DNA from: Bacteroidia bacterium
GTDB taxonomy: Bacteria > Bacteroidota > Bacteroidia > B-17B0 > Aurantibacillaceae
Length of the DNA stretch: 64,000 bases
Assembly: GCA_038206945.1 (NCBI GenBank)
Contig: JBBRAG010000015.1
Coordinates: forward strand, 8,617-72,616
Direction of reading: 5' to 3'
Of the stretch, positions 38,858 to 48,624 are shown piece after piece. Each line of letters begins with the position of its first letter. Position 1 is the first letter of the stretch. A model generated the notes under the pieces. That model was not told the origin of the DNA. It was given only the letters and a program-made list of their open reading frames with translations, and ran no database searches. A program made the position numbers and the translations under genes.

Positions 38858-39836
38858 AGTAACAATAGACGGAATAGAAATTGACGTACAAAAAGGTACA
38901 ACCATTTTGCAGGCAGCGCGCTTAATTGGTGCTAACGTGGCGCCACCTGCTATGTGCTTTTATACCAAACTTAAAACAAGTGGTGGTTATTGCCGCACGT
39001 GTATTGTTAAGGTAACTAAAGGCAGCGCTGCAAACCCAACGCCCATGCCTAAACCGGTGGCTTCTTGTAGAACAGAAGTTATGGATGGAATGGAAGTGTT
39101 GAACTTTTCATCTCCCGAAATTATTGAAGCACGAAAAGGTGTTGTTGAATTTTTATTAATTAATCACCCGCTAGATTGCCCTATTTGCGATCAAGCCGGC
39201 GAATGCCATTTACAAGATTTAGGTTATAACAACGGTGCTCAAAAAACTCGTTACGAATTTAAACGTCGTGAGTTTGATATGATTGATATTGGCCAACATA
39301 TAAAATTACACATGACGCGTTGCATTATGTGTTTCCGTTGTGTAAAAGTTGCTGAACAAATTACAGATGGACGCGTACACGGTGTTATTAATCGTGGTGA
39401 TGCGGCTGAAATTTCTACTTACATAGAACAAGCTATTGATAATGATTTTTCGGGCAACGTAATTGATGTTTGTCCGGTGGGTGCTTTAACCGATAAAACG
39501 TTCCGCTTTAAACAACGTGTGTGGTTTACCAAGCCTGTTGAAGCGCGTCGCGATTGCCCCAAATGCAGTGGCAAAGTACGTTTGTGGTTTAAAGGCGAAG
39601 ATGTTTTACGAGTAACTTCACGTAAAGATCAGTGGGGCGAAGCAGAAGAATTTATTTGCAACTCGTGCCGTTTCGATCACAAGAAAAAAACAGACTGGAT
39701 CATTGAAGGCCCTTCGCCAATTAGCCATCAATCGGTTATTTCGCAAAATAAATACGAGCATTTAAATGAAAAAGAAGTGCAAGTTTTAAAACAGCAAAAG
39801 GCATTAGGTTTTATGAATATTGATAAACGACCATAA
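38850..39836 (+). CDS. nuoG: NADH-quinone oxidoreductase subunit G (short form)
   Basis: GGYCRTC, HPLDCPICDQAGEC.LQD, CIMCFRC, CPVGAL. Confidence 0.95.
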   Translation: MPKVTIDGIEIDVQKGTTILQAARLIGANVAPPAMCFYTKLKTSGGYCRTCIVKVTKGSAANPTPMPKPVASCRTEVMDGMEVLNFSSPEIIEARKGVVEFLLINHPLDCPICDQAGECHLQDLGYNNGAQKTRYEFKRREFDMIDIGQHIKLHMTRCIMCFRCVKVAEQITDGRVHGVINRGDAAEISTYIEQAIDNDFSGNVIDVCPVGALTDKTFRFKQRVWFTKPVEARRDCPKCSGKVRLWFKGEDVLRVTSRKDQWGEAEEFICNSCRFDHKKKTDWIIEGPSPISHQSVISQNKYEHLNEKEVQVLKQQKALGFMNIDKRP

Positions 39837-39842
39837 TAATAA

Positions 39843-39964
39843 AGCCCCTCTAAATCTCCCCAAAGAGGAGAAGGTAGGGATTGATAAACATGAATAAAAA
39901 GTTAAATAATAATTTAAAAAAATCCAACTCCCCTTTCTTTTGGAGAGGGGTTGGGGGTGAGGCT
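39843..39964. repeat. REP-like doublet (two GC-rich palindromes in inverted orientation) in nuoG-nuoH spacer
   Basis: AGCCCCTCTAAATCTCCCCAAAGAGGAGA (39843-39871) and CTCCCCTTTCTTTTGGAGAGGGGTTGGGGGTGAGGCT (39928-39964). Confidence 0.75.
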
Positions 39965-39966
39965 GT

Positions 39967-41022
39967 ATGTTAACATTTATAGTATATAAATCTATTTTAT
40001 GTGTCGTAATTTTCGCCATTTCATTGGGCGTTGCGGCATATTCAACTTGGTGGGAACGTAAGTTTGCCGCTTTCTTGCAAGATAGAAAAGGCCCAAGCCG
40101 TGCGGGTCCGTTTGGTTTATTGCAACCATTAGCCGATGGCGGAAAAATGTTTTTTAAAGAAGAAATCATTCCTAATGTTTCTAATAAATTTCTTTTCATT
40201 TTAGGGCCGAGTTTATTTTTATTAACCTCTATGATGACGGGCGTTGTTATTCCTTGGGGAAAAGATGTTGTAATTGGTGCAAACACATTTGCATTACAAA
40301 TAACCGATATTAATATTGGACTACTTTATATTTTAGGCGTTACCTCAATCGGTGTTTATGGCATTATGATTGGCGGTTGGGCATCAAATAATAAATACTC
40401 GTTACTGGGTGCTATTCGTGCATCATCGCAAATGATTAGTTACGAAATAGCAATGGGAATTTCTATCATTGCTTTGGTTATTACCGCTGGCGGAACACTT
40501 AGCTTACGCGAAATTATTCAACAACAAGATGCAGGCGTATGTAACTTAGTATGGCAACCACTTGGTTTTTTAATATTTTTAATTTGTGCTTTTGCCGAAA
40601 CCAATCGCGCACCATTTGATCTTTCAGAATGTGAAACCGAATTAATTGGTGGTTATAATACCGAGTATTCTGCATTTAAATTAGGCGCATTTTTATTTGC
40701 CGAATACATCAACATGTTTATTTCATCTGCATTAATGGCAGGCTTATATTTTGGCGGATACAATTTTCCTTTCGCACACGAGTTTTATAATGCACTTGGT
40801 TTGCAAGAAGGTTCTGTATTAATTTCGTTAATTGGCTTCATTGTTTACTTTACAAAAACTTGTATTTTCATTTCGGTATTTATGTGGATTCGCTGGACAT
40901 TACCTCGTTTCCGTTACGATCAATTAATGAATTTAGGTTGGAGGATTTTAATTCCTTTATCTATATTAAATTTAGTGTTGACGGTAGTAGTAGAATATTT
41001 TAGAGGAAACATTATTTTATAA
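39967..41022 (+). CDS. nuoH: NADH-quinone oxidoreductase subunit H
   Basis: GP.GLLQPLADGGK..KE, AETNRAPFD, LPRFRYDQLM. Confidence 0.97.
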   Translation: MLTFIVYKSILCVVIFAISLGVAAYSTWWERKFAAFLQDRKGPSRAGPFGLLQPLADGGKMFFKEEIIPNVSNKFLFILGPSLFLLTSMMTGVVIPWGKDVVIGANTFALQITDINIGLLYILGVTSIGVYGIMIGGWASNNKYSLLGAIRASSQMISYEIAMGISIIALVITAGGTLSLREIIQQQDAGVCNLVWQPLGFLIFLICAFAETNRAPFDLSECETELIGGYNTEYSAFKLGAFLFAEYINMFISSALMAGLYFGGYNFPFAHEFYNALGLQEGSVLISLIGFIVYFTKTCIFISVFMWIRWTLPRFRYDQLMNLGWRILIPLSILNLVLTVVVEYFRGNIIL

Positions 41023-41030
41023 TCATAAAA

Positions 41031-41663
41031 ATGGCTTTACAACTTACAAATAGAAGCAAGGTAGTATCAAATAAAGAGCAAAGTTTTGCTGAGAAAATGT
41101 ATTTGCCTGCTATCGTAAAAGGAATGGCTATTACATTTAGTCATCTCTTTAAAAAATCTCCAACTATACGTTACCCGGATGAAACACGCCCAATGGCGCC
41201 TGTTTACCGCGGACAACACGTTTTAAAGCTTGATGAAAATGGTGCAGAGCGTTGCACGTCTTGTGGTATGTGTGCGGTGGCTTGTCCGGCAGAAGCTATT
41301 ACTATGGAAAGTGGTGAGCGCAAAAAAGGAGAAGAAGTTTTATATCGCGAAGAAAAATATGCAACTAAGTATGAAATAAATATGTTGCGTTGTATTTTCT
41401 GTGGTTTGTGCGAAGATGCTTGTCCGAAAGAAGCAATTTTTTTAACCGATAGAAAAGTTGAATCTGATTTTGAGCGTGGCGATTTTGTTTACGGAAAAGA
41501 TAAGTTAGTTGAAAAAATAAACGAGCGAGTAGATGTAACTAAACGTCAAACACCCGAAGTTTTAGCCTTCAAACAAAACATGAATTTGAAACACAACATG
41601 CTTTACGATAAAACTCAACCAAATAAATTACACAATAATAAAGATAATCATTCATTAAAATAA
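41031..41663 (+). CDS. nuoI: NADH-quinone oxidoreductase subunit I
   Basis: Two CxxCxxCxxxCP motifs. Confidence 0.96.
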   Translation: MALQLTNRSKVVSNKEQSFAEKMYLPAIVKGMAITFSHLFKKSPTIRYPDETRPMAPVYRGQHVLKLDENGAERCTSCGMCAVACPAEAITMESGERKKGEEVLYREEKYATKYEINMLRCIFCGLCEDACPKEAIFLTDRKVESDFERGDFVYGKDKLVEKINERVDVTKRQTPEVLAFKQNMNLKHNMLYDKTQPNKLHNNKDNHSLK

Positions 41664-41670
41664 TTAATTC

Positions 41671-41720
41671 GTCATTCCGAACTTGTTTGGCTTCGCCACC
41701 TTTTCAGTTCAGTGCCTCAA
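41671..41720. repeat. degenerate GTCATTCCG-type REP fragment(s)
   Basis: GTCATTCCGAACTTGTTT, same family as 47137-47227 and 50861-50887. Confidence 0.6.
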
Positions 41721-41748
41721 CAGAAACAAAACATTTTTAAACAGATAA

Positions 41749-42351
41749 TTACATAGTAGGTTTTTTAATTTCAATATTATCTTTGTAACAGACGGTATCT
41801 GATGAAACAGTAACTTCATTTTTTTTTGTATTAATCCAAACACCTTGTTTCTTGCCCTCCTTATCGGTAACATTAATGGTATCTCCTTTTTGATTTATTT
41901 CAAAACTTTGAAATTTGGGTGTACTGTTTCTACAATTAGTAAACCCAAGTATTAATACAGATATAATAAATATGTTTTTCACAGATTTAGTAACATTGTC
42001 CTCAATGTCTAACAACCATAAAGATATTGCATTTATAGGAACAATAATTTCAGTTTTTAAACCCAACATTAAATCAATAAAATGACTTTGTTTAGGTCCA
42101 TAAAATAATGAGGCTGTTTGAGGGTTATTATTGTATGAATTAATAATGTGGTAAGCTACTGATTTTATTTCAAGTTGCACTTGAAGCGGTGCTGATGGAA
42201 AATAAATTGGGGCAATAAACTCATCGATCACTTGTACTAAATCATCAACTGTAGAAGTATTATTTATACGCTTAACGATGGAATCCATCCCATGATGAAA
42301 TTGCTCCCCGATTATTGGATAAGGATTAAAAGTTCCTGTAGTCATAGTCAA
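41749..42351 (-). CDS. hypothetical, apparently chimeric ORF antisense within the nuo operon
   Basis: 200 aa; from GTG 41982 an internal lipoprotein signal (VKNIFIISVLILGFTN-C) followed by GDTIN.TD..GKKQG.W. Confidence 0.55.
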   Translation of the reverse strand: MTMTTGTFNPYPIIGEQFHHGMDSIVKRINNTSTVDDLVQVIDEFIAPIYFPSAPLQVQLEIKSVAYHIINSYNNNPQTASLFYGPKQSHFIDLMLGLKTEIIVPINAISLWLLDIEDNVTKSVKNIFIISVLILGFTNCRNSTPKFQSFEINQKGDTINVTDKEGKKQGVWINTKKNEVTVSSDTVCYKDNIEIKKPTM

Positions 42352-42364
42352 TTATATTTGATTA

Positions 42365-42466
42365 CAAATTTAAATATTTTTATAACAAAACAAAACATTT
42401 TGATTTAGAATGAGAAATCTTTTAAACAAAAAACATTAATCTCTTATTAATATAAAATTAGGTTTG
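42365..42466. promoter_or_regulatory. divergent -7 boxes: minus 42365-42372 (chimeric ORF), plus 42459-42466 (nuoJ-N)
   Basis: TAAATTTG on minus strand; TAGGTTTG on plus strand. Confidence 0.5.
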
Positions 42467-42518
42467 TACTTTTCAAAAAAAATAGTTCCTTAGCAACCGA
42501 AAAACATGTAAAAAAAGT

Positions 42519-43028
42519 ATGGGATATTCAATCACTCAATGGCTTTTCGGAATACTATCGTTCCTTGCCATTATGTTTGCGTTAATGGTTGTGTTTACAC
42601 GCAGTCCGATAAATAGCGTGCTTTATTTAGTAATGACTTTCTTCTGCATTGCAGGGCATTATTTATTATTAAACGCACAATTTTTAGCCGTGGTACATAT
42701 TGTAGTTTATGCAGGCGCAATTATGGTGTTGTTCTTATTCGTTATCATGTTGATGAACTTAAACGAAGAAACCGAACAGCAAAAAACTTTAGTTACAAAA
42801 ATGATTGCCGGTATAATTGGTGGTGTTTTATTAGCCGTTATGGTTGGCACATTAAAAGGTGCTGAGCAAATGCAAATAACGCAACATGGTGCATCGCAAA
42901 TTGGTATGGTAAAAACTTTAGGCGTTGTATTGTTTAAAGATTTTTTATTCCCGTTTGAAATTGCATCGGTGTTATTATTAGGCGCTATGGTTGGCGCAAT
43001 TATGTTAGGTAAAAAAGAAATTAAATAA
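42519..43028 (+). CDS. nuoJ: NADH-quinone oxidoreductase subunit J
   Basis: [26 protein letters not shown]. Confidence 0.95.
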   Translation: MGYSITQWLFGILSFLAIMFALMVVFTRSPINSVLYLVMTFFCIAGHYLLLNAQFLAVVHIVVYAGAIMVLFLFVIMLMNLNEETEQQKTLVTKMIAGIIGGVLLAVMVGTLKGAEQMQITQHGASQIGMVKTLGVVLFKDFLFPFEIASVLLLGAMVGAIMLGKKEIK

Positions 43029-43030
43029 AC

Positions 43031-43342
43031 ATGTTAAATCAAATCCCCATAAACTATTACATATTTTTAAGTGCCATCCTTTTTATTATTGGCGCAGTTG
43101 GTGTAATGGCTCGCAGAAATGCCATCATTATTTTTATGTGTATTGAGCTTATGCTTAATGCGGTTAATCTTTTGTTGGTGTCGTTTTCTACCTTGCATAA
43201 CGATCCAAGCGGACAAGTATTTGTCTTCTTTATTATGGCGGTTGCCGCAGCCGAAGTGGCTGTTGGTTTAGCTATTTTAAGCACCGTATATCGTAACATA
43301 AAAAGTATTGATATTGATTTATTAAGCAAACTGAAAAACTAA
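43031..43342 (+). CDS. nuoK: NADH-quinone oxidoreductase subunit K
   Basis: [21 protein letters not shown]. Confidence 0.96.
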   Translation: MLNQIPINYYIFLSAILFIIGAVGVMARRNAIIIFMCIELMLNAVNLLLVSFSTLHNDPSGQVFVFFIMAVAAAEVAVGLAILSTVYRNIKSIDIDLLSKLKN

Positions 43343-43343
43343 G

Positions 43344-43754
43344 ATGAACAAACTGATACCCTATCTTTCTTTAAACGGAACTGCTGAAGAAGCTATTAAT
43401 TTCTATAAAGAAATTTTTAGTGGAGAGATTTTACATTTAGGGCGTTTTGGCGAAACGCAACCCGATGTTAAAGAAGAACACAAAAACAAAATAATGCACG
43501 CCATCTTAAAGTTTGCTGAAAACGAAATTATGTTTTCAGATACGATTGAAGGGAACATTACGTATGCAGGCACAAACGTTTCTCTTTCGTTGGATTTTTC
43601 GGATGAAGGAAAAATGGATAAAGCTTTTGAAAAATTAGCTGTGGGTGGAAAAATAACCATGCCATTGCAAGATACTTTTTGGGGCGCAAAATTTGGTATA
43701 CTCACTGATAAATTTAGTATCAACTGGATGTTTAATCACGATAAGAAAAAATAA
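43344..43754 (+). CDS. VOC family (PhnB-like) protein
   Basis: PYLS.NG..EEAI.FY, IMHA.L, P.QDTFWGAKFG...DKF.INWM. Confidence 0.9.
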   Translation: MNKLIPYLSLNGTAEEAINFYKEIFSGEILHLGRFGETQPDVKEEHKNKIMHAILKFAENEIMFSDTIEGNITYAGTNVSLSLDFSDEGKMDKAFEKLAVGGKITMPLQDTFWGAKFGILTDKFSINWMFNHDKKK

Positions 43755-43772
43755 ATTATTCGTTAAAGAATT

Positions 43773-45659
43773 ATGATAAAATTAATTGGTTTAGTTCCTC
43801 TGTTTCCTTTGATTGGTTTTCTAATCAACAGTTTCTTCGGAAAAAAAATGAGCAAGGGTTTATCGGGTACAATTGCCTGTGCAAGCGTGTTGGCTTCGTT
43901 TATTGTTTCGGTATTGATTTTTATGGAAGTAAATGCTTCTCAACAAAAATCAACCGTGATAGAAATTTTTTCTTGGATAAATTCTGACACCTTAAAAATT
44001 CCATTCTCGTTTTTAGTCGATCCACTTTCTTGTTTATTCTTAATGAACATTACCGGTATTGGTTTTTTAATTCATGTGTATTCAACCAGCTACATGAAAG
44101 ATGACGAAGGCTTCTCACGCTTCTTTACGTACTTAAACTTATTTGTGTTCTTTATGTTGTTGTTAGTATTAGGTAGCAATTACCTAATTATGTTTGTCGG
44201 TTGGGAAGGCGTTGGTTTGTGTTCGTATTTACTAATTGGTTTTTGGTTTAAAAATGATGCGTATAATCGTGCGGCTAACAAAGCTTTCATTATGAATCGT
44301 ATTGGAGATTTGGGTTTTCTATTAGGAATCATCATGATTTTTATCAATTTTGGCAGCATTTCTTTTGGCGAAGTATTCAATAAAGCATCTTCAGTTCCAA
44401 CATCAACAATCACAACCATCGCATTATTATTACTTGTAGGTGCTATGGGTAAAAGCGCGCAGTTGCCTTTATACACTTGGTTACCCGATGCAATGGCGGG
44501 TCCAACACCGGTATCAGCATTAATACACGCAGCAACCATGGTTACGGCAGGTATATATATGATTGTTCGTTCAAATATTTTTTATTCGATTTCAGATGCC
44601 GCCAGCGAATGTGTTGCAGTGGTTGGAGCCGTAACAGCTTTGTTTGCAGCGCTTATTGGTTTATTACAAACCGACATTAAAAAAATATTGGCTTACTCAA
44701 CCGTATCTCAATTGGGTTTAATGTTTTTAGCATTGGGTGTAGGCGCATACAGCAGCGCGGTGTTTCACGTAACTACACACGCGTTCTTTAAAGCATTATT
44801 ATTCTTAGGTGCGGGTTCTGTAATACATGCCATGGGTGGCGAACAAGATATTCGTAAAATGGGCGGCTTGAAAAAAGCTTTGCCAATTACTTTTATAACG
44901 ATGCTATTAGGAACACTTGCTATAAGCGGAGTTCCACCATTTGCAGGTTTCTTTTCTAAAGACGAAATTTTAGCACACACCTACGAGCACAGTCAATTGC
45001 TTTGGGTGGTTGGAAGCATCGCATCATTATGCACAGCATTTTATATGTTCCGTTTAATGTTCCTTACGTTTTGGGGTTCATTCCGCGGCACACACGAGCA
45101 ACAACACCACTTGCACGAATCTCCAAAAGCAATGACAATCCCTTTAATTGTTTTAGCAGCGCTTTCTGTCTTTGGTGGCTTGTTAGGTTTACCCGAATTT
45201 TGGGGTGCTAAAAATTGGATGAGCGAAAATTTAGATTCGGTTATCATTCGTAAAAATCCAACTATTTTATCACATGAAACAGAATGGACTTTGATGGCAA
45301 TTGCTGTTCTTGTAGCGCTTTCAACTATTTACTTTGCATACCAAATGTTTATTAAATATAAAGTGTTGCCAGCCGATAAAGTAGCTGATATGAAACCATT
45401 TCAACGTGTTATCTATAACAAATTTTATGTAGATGAAATTTACGATGCTATTATTCGCAAACCATTAGATGCTGTATCGGAAGTGCTTTCTAAATTAGTT
45501 GATAAGCAAATGATTGATGCCGCTGTAAACGGAGTGGGAGATCTTACGCTTTGGAAAGCAAGTATTTTTCGCAAATTACAAACGGGTCATATTGGTTTTT
45601 ACATCATGACAATGGTGGTTGGAGTTATTGCAATAATGTTTTTTAGTTTAATGAAATAG
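43773..45659 (+). CDS. nuoL: NADH-quinone oxidoreductase subunit L
   Basis: GWEGVG.CSYLLIGFW, WLPDAMAGPTPVSALIHAATMV. Confidence 0.97.
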   Translation: MIKLIGLVPLFPLIGFLINSFFGKKMSKGLSGTIACASVLASFIVSVLIFMEVNASQQKSTVIEIFSWINSDTLKIPFSFLVDPLSCLFLMNITGIGFLIHVYSTSYMKDDEGFSRFFTYLNLFVFFMLLLVLGSNYLIMFVGWEGVGLCSYLLIGFWFKNDAYNRAANKAFIMNRIGDLGFLLGIIMIFINFGSISFGEVFNKASSVPTSTITTIALLLLVGAMGKSAQLPLYTWLPDAMAGPTPVSALIHAATMVTAGIYMIVRSNIFYSISDAASECVAVVGAVTALFAALIGLLQTDIKKILAYSTVSQLGLMFLALGVGAYSSAVFHVTTHAFFKALLFLGAGSVIHAMGGEQDIRKMGGLKKALPITFITMLLGTLAISGVPPFAGFFSKDEILAHTYEHSQLLWVVGSIASLCTAFYMFRLMFLTFWGSFRGTHEQQHHLHESPKAMTIPLIVLAALSVFGGLLGLPEFWGAKNWMSENLDSVIIRKNPTILSHETEWTLMAIAVLVALSTIYFAYQMFIKYKVLPADKVADMKPFQRVIYNKFYVDEIYDAIIRKPLDAVSEVLSKLVDKQMIDAAVNGVGDLTLWKASIFRKLQTGHIGFYIMTMVVGVIAIMFFSLMK

Positions 45660-45665
45660 AAAAAT

Positions 45666-47129
45666 ATGCTAACAGGTTTCTTAATAATATTACCTTTAAT
45701 TGCTGCGCTACTTTTATTTTTTATAAAAGGCGAGGGTGCAAAAAAAGTAGCGCTCATTTTTGCATTGGCAGAATGTGGAATCAGCTTACTGGCTTATGTT
45801 TGGTATAGATCAAATCCTAACATGGAGGCATTAAGCCTTAACTGCAATTGGGTAGAATCCCTCGGGATAAAATTTGCAGTTGGATTAGACGGCATTAGTT
45901 TACTAATGGTTTTACTGACAACTTTTTTAGTTCCGTTAATTATTCTTTCATCCTTTAAAACAACCTACGATAAACCAAATGCTTTTTACGGATTAATTCT
46001 TTTAATGCAAAGCGCTTTGGTTGGTGTGTTTGTAGCTAACGATGGTTTTTTATTTTATGTGTTTTGGGAGTTAGCACTTATTCCAATTTATTTTATTTGT
46101 CTTTTATGGGGTGGAGAAAATCGTGCAAGAATTACATTCAAGTTTTTTGTGTATACTTTATTCGGCTCGTTGTTTATGTTGATTGGTTTAATCTTTTTAT
46201 ACAACCATACAGGTTTAGATACAGGCATCAAATCCTGGGCAATAAATGATCTTTACGCTGCCGGAAGAAGCTTAACTGAAGCCCAACAAACATTTGTTTT
46301 CTGGACCATCCTAATCGCCTTCGCTATTAAAATGCCTATATTTCCTTTACATACATGGCAACCAGATACGTATGTAACAGCTCCAACACCAGGCACCATG
46401 TTACTTGCAGGTATTATGCTAAAAATGGGGACTTTCGGTTTAATAAAATGGTTATTACCTATGACTCCTTTAGCGCTTGAAAAATGGGGCGGCGTTGCTA
46501 TGGGCTTTGCTGTGGTTGGTATCATTTACGCATCGTGTATCGCCATCGTTCAAAAAGATTACAAACGTTTAATAGCTTATTCATCCATCGCTCACGTTGG
46601 TTTAATTGCGGCAGGTATTTTATCGGCTAATCAACAAGGTGTGCAAGGTGCGGTTATTCAAATGATGAGTCACGGTATAAATGTGGTTGGTCTATTTTTA
46701 ATCGCCGATATTTTAATGCGCCATACAGGTACAAGAGACATTACTAAATTGGGCGGTATTCGCAGTATGAACGGACAGTTTGGTGTGTTATTCTTAATCA
46801 TTATGCTTGGCGCAGTTGCACTTCCATTAACCAATGGTTTTGTAGGTGAGTTCTTATTAATAAACGGCGTGTTTAAATTTAATGCTTGGATGGGCGCTTT
46901 TGCAGCCTTAACAATTATACTTAGTGCAGTATATATGTTGCGTAGTTACCAAGCCATTATGTTGGGAGAAAAAAAATTGAACGAAGTTGTTTTTGGTTCT
47001 TTAGCCGATAGCGATAAAGCTGTGCTAATTATTATATGTATTGCGGTTATTGCAATTGGAGTATATCCAAAACCACTAAACGATTTAGCAGAACCCGCAG
47101 TAAAAGCATTATTAATGAATTTGAAATAA
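45666..47129 (+). CDS. nuoM: NADH-quinone oxidoreductase subunit M
   Basis: FWELALIP, KMPIFPLHTW, AYSSIAHVG, NGFVGEF. Confidence 0.97.
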   Translation: MLTGFLIILPLIAALLLFFIKGEGAKKVALIFALAECGISLLAYVWYRSNPNMEALSLNCNWVESLGIKFAVGLDGISLLMVLLTTFLVPLIILSSFKTTYDKPNAFYGLILLMQSALVGVFVANDGFLFYVFWELALIPIYFICLLWGGENRARITFKFFVYTLFGSLFMLIGLIFLYNHTGLDTGIKSWAINDLYAAGRSLTEAQQTFVFWTILIAFAIKMPIFPLHTWQPDTYVTAPTPGTMLLAGIMLKMGTFGLIKWLLPMTPLALEKWGGVAMGFAVVGIIYASCIAIVQKDYKRLIAYSSIAHVGLIAAGILSANQQGVQGAVIQMMSHGINVVGLFLIADILMRHTGTRDITKLGGIRSMNGQFGVLFLIIMLGAVALPLTNGFVGEFLLINGVFKFNAWMGAFAALTIILSAVYMLRSYQAIMLGEKKLNEVVFGSLADSDKAVLIIICIAVIAIGVYPKPLNDLAEPAVKALLMNLK

Positions 47130-47136
47130 AATAATC

Positions 47137-47227
47137 GTCATTCCGAGCTTGTGTTCGTCATACTGAACTTGTTTCAGCATCTCTTTAGATTCCGAAATAA
47201 ATTCGGAATGACATATGCTCAGGATGA
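47137..47227. repeat. nested REP-like palindromes in nuoM-nuoN spacer
   Basis: GTCATTCCGAGCTTG [GTCATACTGAACTTGTTTCAGCATCT..AGATTCCGAAATAAATTCGGAATGAC] GCTCAGGATGA. Confidence 0.75.
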
Positions 47228-47245
47228 AAAATAGAAAATAAAAAT

Positions 47246-48622
47246 ATGAAAGGACTTTTTATTATAAGCGGATTAGGAGTTTTAGCCATGCTGGCTGAGA
47301 TTTTTAAATTCAAGCGTGCGCTTTATCCAATAGTGTTGATTGGAATTTTAGCTGCATTAGTAGCAAACTTTACAGAATTCAACAACAACATGTCTATTGA
47401 TCAATTCAATAACATGATTCGTTTTGATAACGTAGCGCTTGCTTTTAGCGGAGTAATTTTACTCACAGCTTTCTTTTGGTTTATTTTAGCAAACGAATAT
47501 TTTAATAATGAAACATCTTTAGCCGATCATTTTTCGTTGGTGTTGTTTGCCATCACAGGCGGATTAATGCTTACAGCTTACAGCAATATGACGACTTTAT
47601 TTTTAGGTATAGAAATTTTATCTATTCCATTATATGTGTTAGCAGGCAGCAGAAAAAATGATGTAAGATCTAACGAAGCAGGTTTTAAGTATTTAATTAT
47701 GGGTTCGTTTGCATCTGCATTTCTATTATTTGGTATTGCTTTAATTTACGGCGCAACAGGCACGTTTGATATTATGCTTATTCGTGCAAAAATAAATACA
47801 GGTACCATGCCTATGTTTATGTACGCAGGTGTTGTTATGATGTTGGTGGCAATGTGTTTTAAAGTAAGCGCCGCACCATTTCATTTTTGGGCACCCGATG
47901 TTTACGAAGGTTCTCCAACTGTAATTACCGCATTGATGAGCACCATTGTAAAAACCGCTGCCTTTGCTGCTTTTATGCGCTTGTTCTTAATTGGTTTTGG
48001 AAGCATTTCAGATACCTGGGGAATGGCTTTAGCAGGCATTATTGCCTTATCATTAATCATTTCAAATGTTACAGCTGCGGCACAGACAAGCGTAAAACGT
48101 ATGTTGGCGTATTCAAGTATTAGTCACGCTGCATTTATGTTAATGGGTATTTTAGCGCTTAATGCGCAGTTTTCTATGCGTGCCATTTTATATTACACCT
48201 TAGCGTATTCTATCGGATCTATTGCAAGTTTTACCGGATTATATATTGTAAGTAAAAAAGGCGATGAAACTTATGAAGCGTTTAACGGTCTGGTAAAACG
48301 TAACCCAATGATTGCTTTAGGAATGTTAATCTCTATGTTGTCCCTTGCAGGAATACCGGTAACAGCAGGCTTCTTTGCCAAATATTTTATTTTTACAACA
48401 CTTATAGCTAGTCCGTATAAATGGTTGTTGATAATTGCTGTGCTCACATCTTGTGTTGGCGCATACTATTATTTTAAAATAATTATTGCTATGTACTTTA
48501 AAAAATCAGATAAGCACGAGCCGGTTGAATTTGAAATGTCGCACGCATTATTATTGGGTATCTTAACCGTTATTACAATTATTTTAGGCCTGATGCCTGA
48601 TATGATTTTAAATATGTTTTAG
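47246..48622 (+). CDS. nuoN: NADH-quinone oxidoreductase subunit N
   Basis: EAGFKY, FKVSAAPFHFWAPDVYEG, KRMLAYSSI.H. Confidence 0.96.
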   Translation: MKGLFIISGLGVLAMLAEIFKFKRALYPIVLIGILAALVANFTEFNNNMSIDQFNNMIRFDNVALAFSGVILLTAFFWFILANEYFNNETSLADHFSLVLFAITGGLMLTAYSNMTTLFLGIEILSIPLYVLAGSRKNDVRSNEAGFKYLIMGSFASAFLLFGIALIYGATGTFDIMLIRAKINTGTMPMFMYAGVVMMLVAMCFKVSAAPFHFWAPDVYEGSPTVITALMSTIVKTAAFAAFMRLFLIGFGSISDTWGMALAGIIALSLIISNVTAAAQTSVKRMLAYSSISHAAFMLMGILALNAQFSMRAILYYTLAYSIGSIASFTGLYIVSKKGDETYEAFNGLVKRNPMIALGMLISMLSLAGIPVTAGFFAKYFIFTTLIASPYKWLLIIAVLTSCVGAYYYFKIIIAMYFKKSDKHEPVEFEMSHALLLGILTVITIILGLMPDMILNMF

Positions 48623-48624
48623 AT

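Noticed and set aside
38850-39836. nuoG only 328 aa, possible truncation
   Set aside because: Short NuoG without the full molybdopterin-like domain is, as far as I recall, normal in this phylum; no remnant follows the stop.
39804-40286. 160-aa minus-strand ORF over nuoG/nuoH
   Set aside because: Shadow of nuoH extended through the REP doublet.
44180-48123. Several short alternative-frame ORFs within nuoL-M-N
   Set aside because: Overlap highly conserved genes; no independent coding signal.
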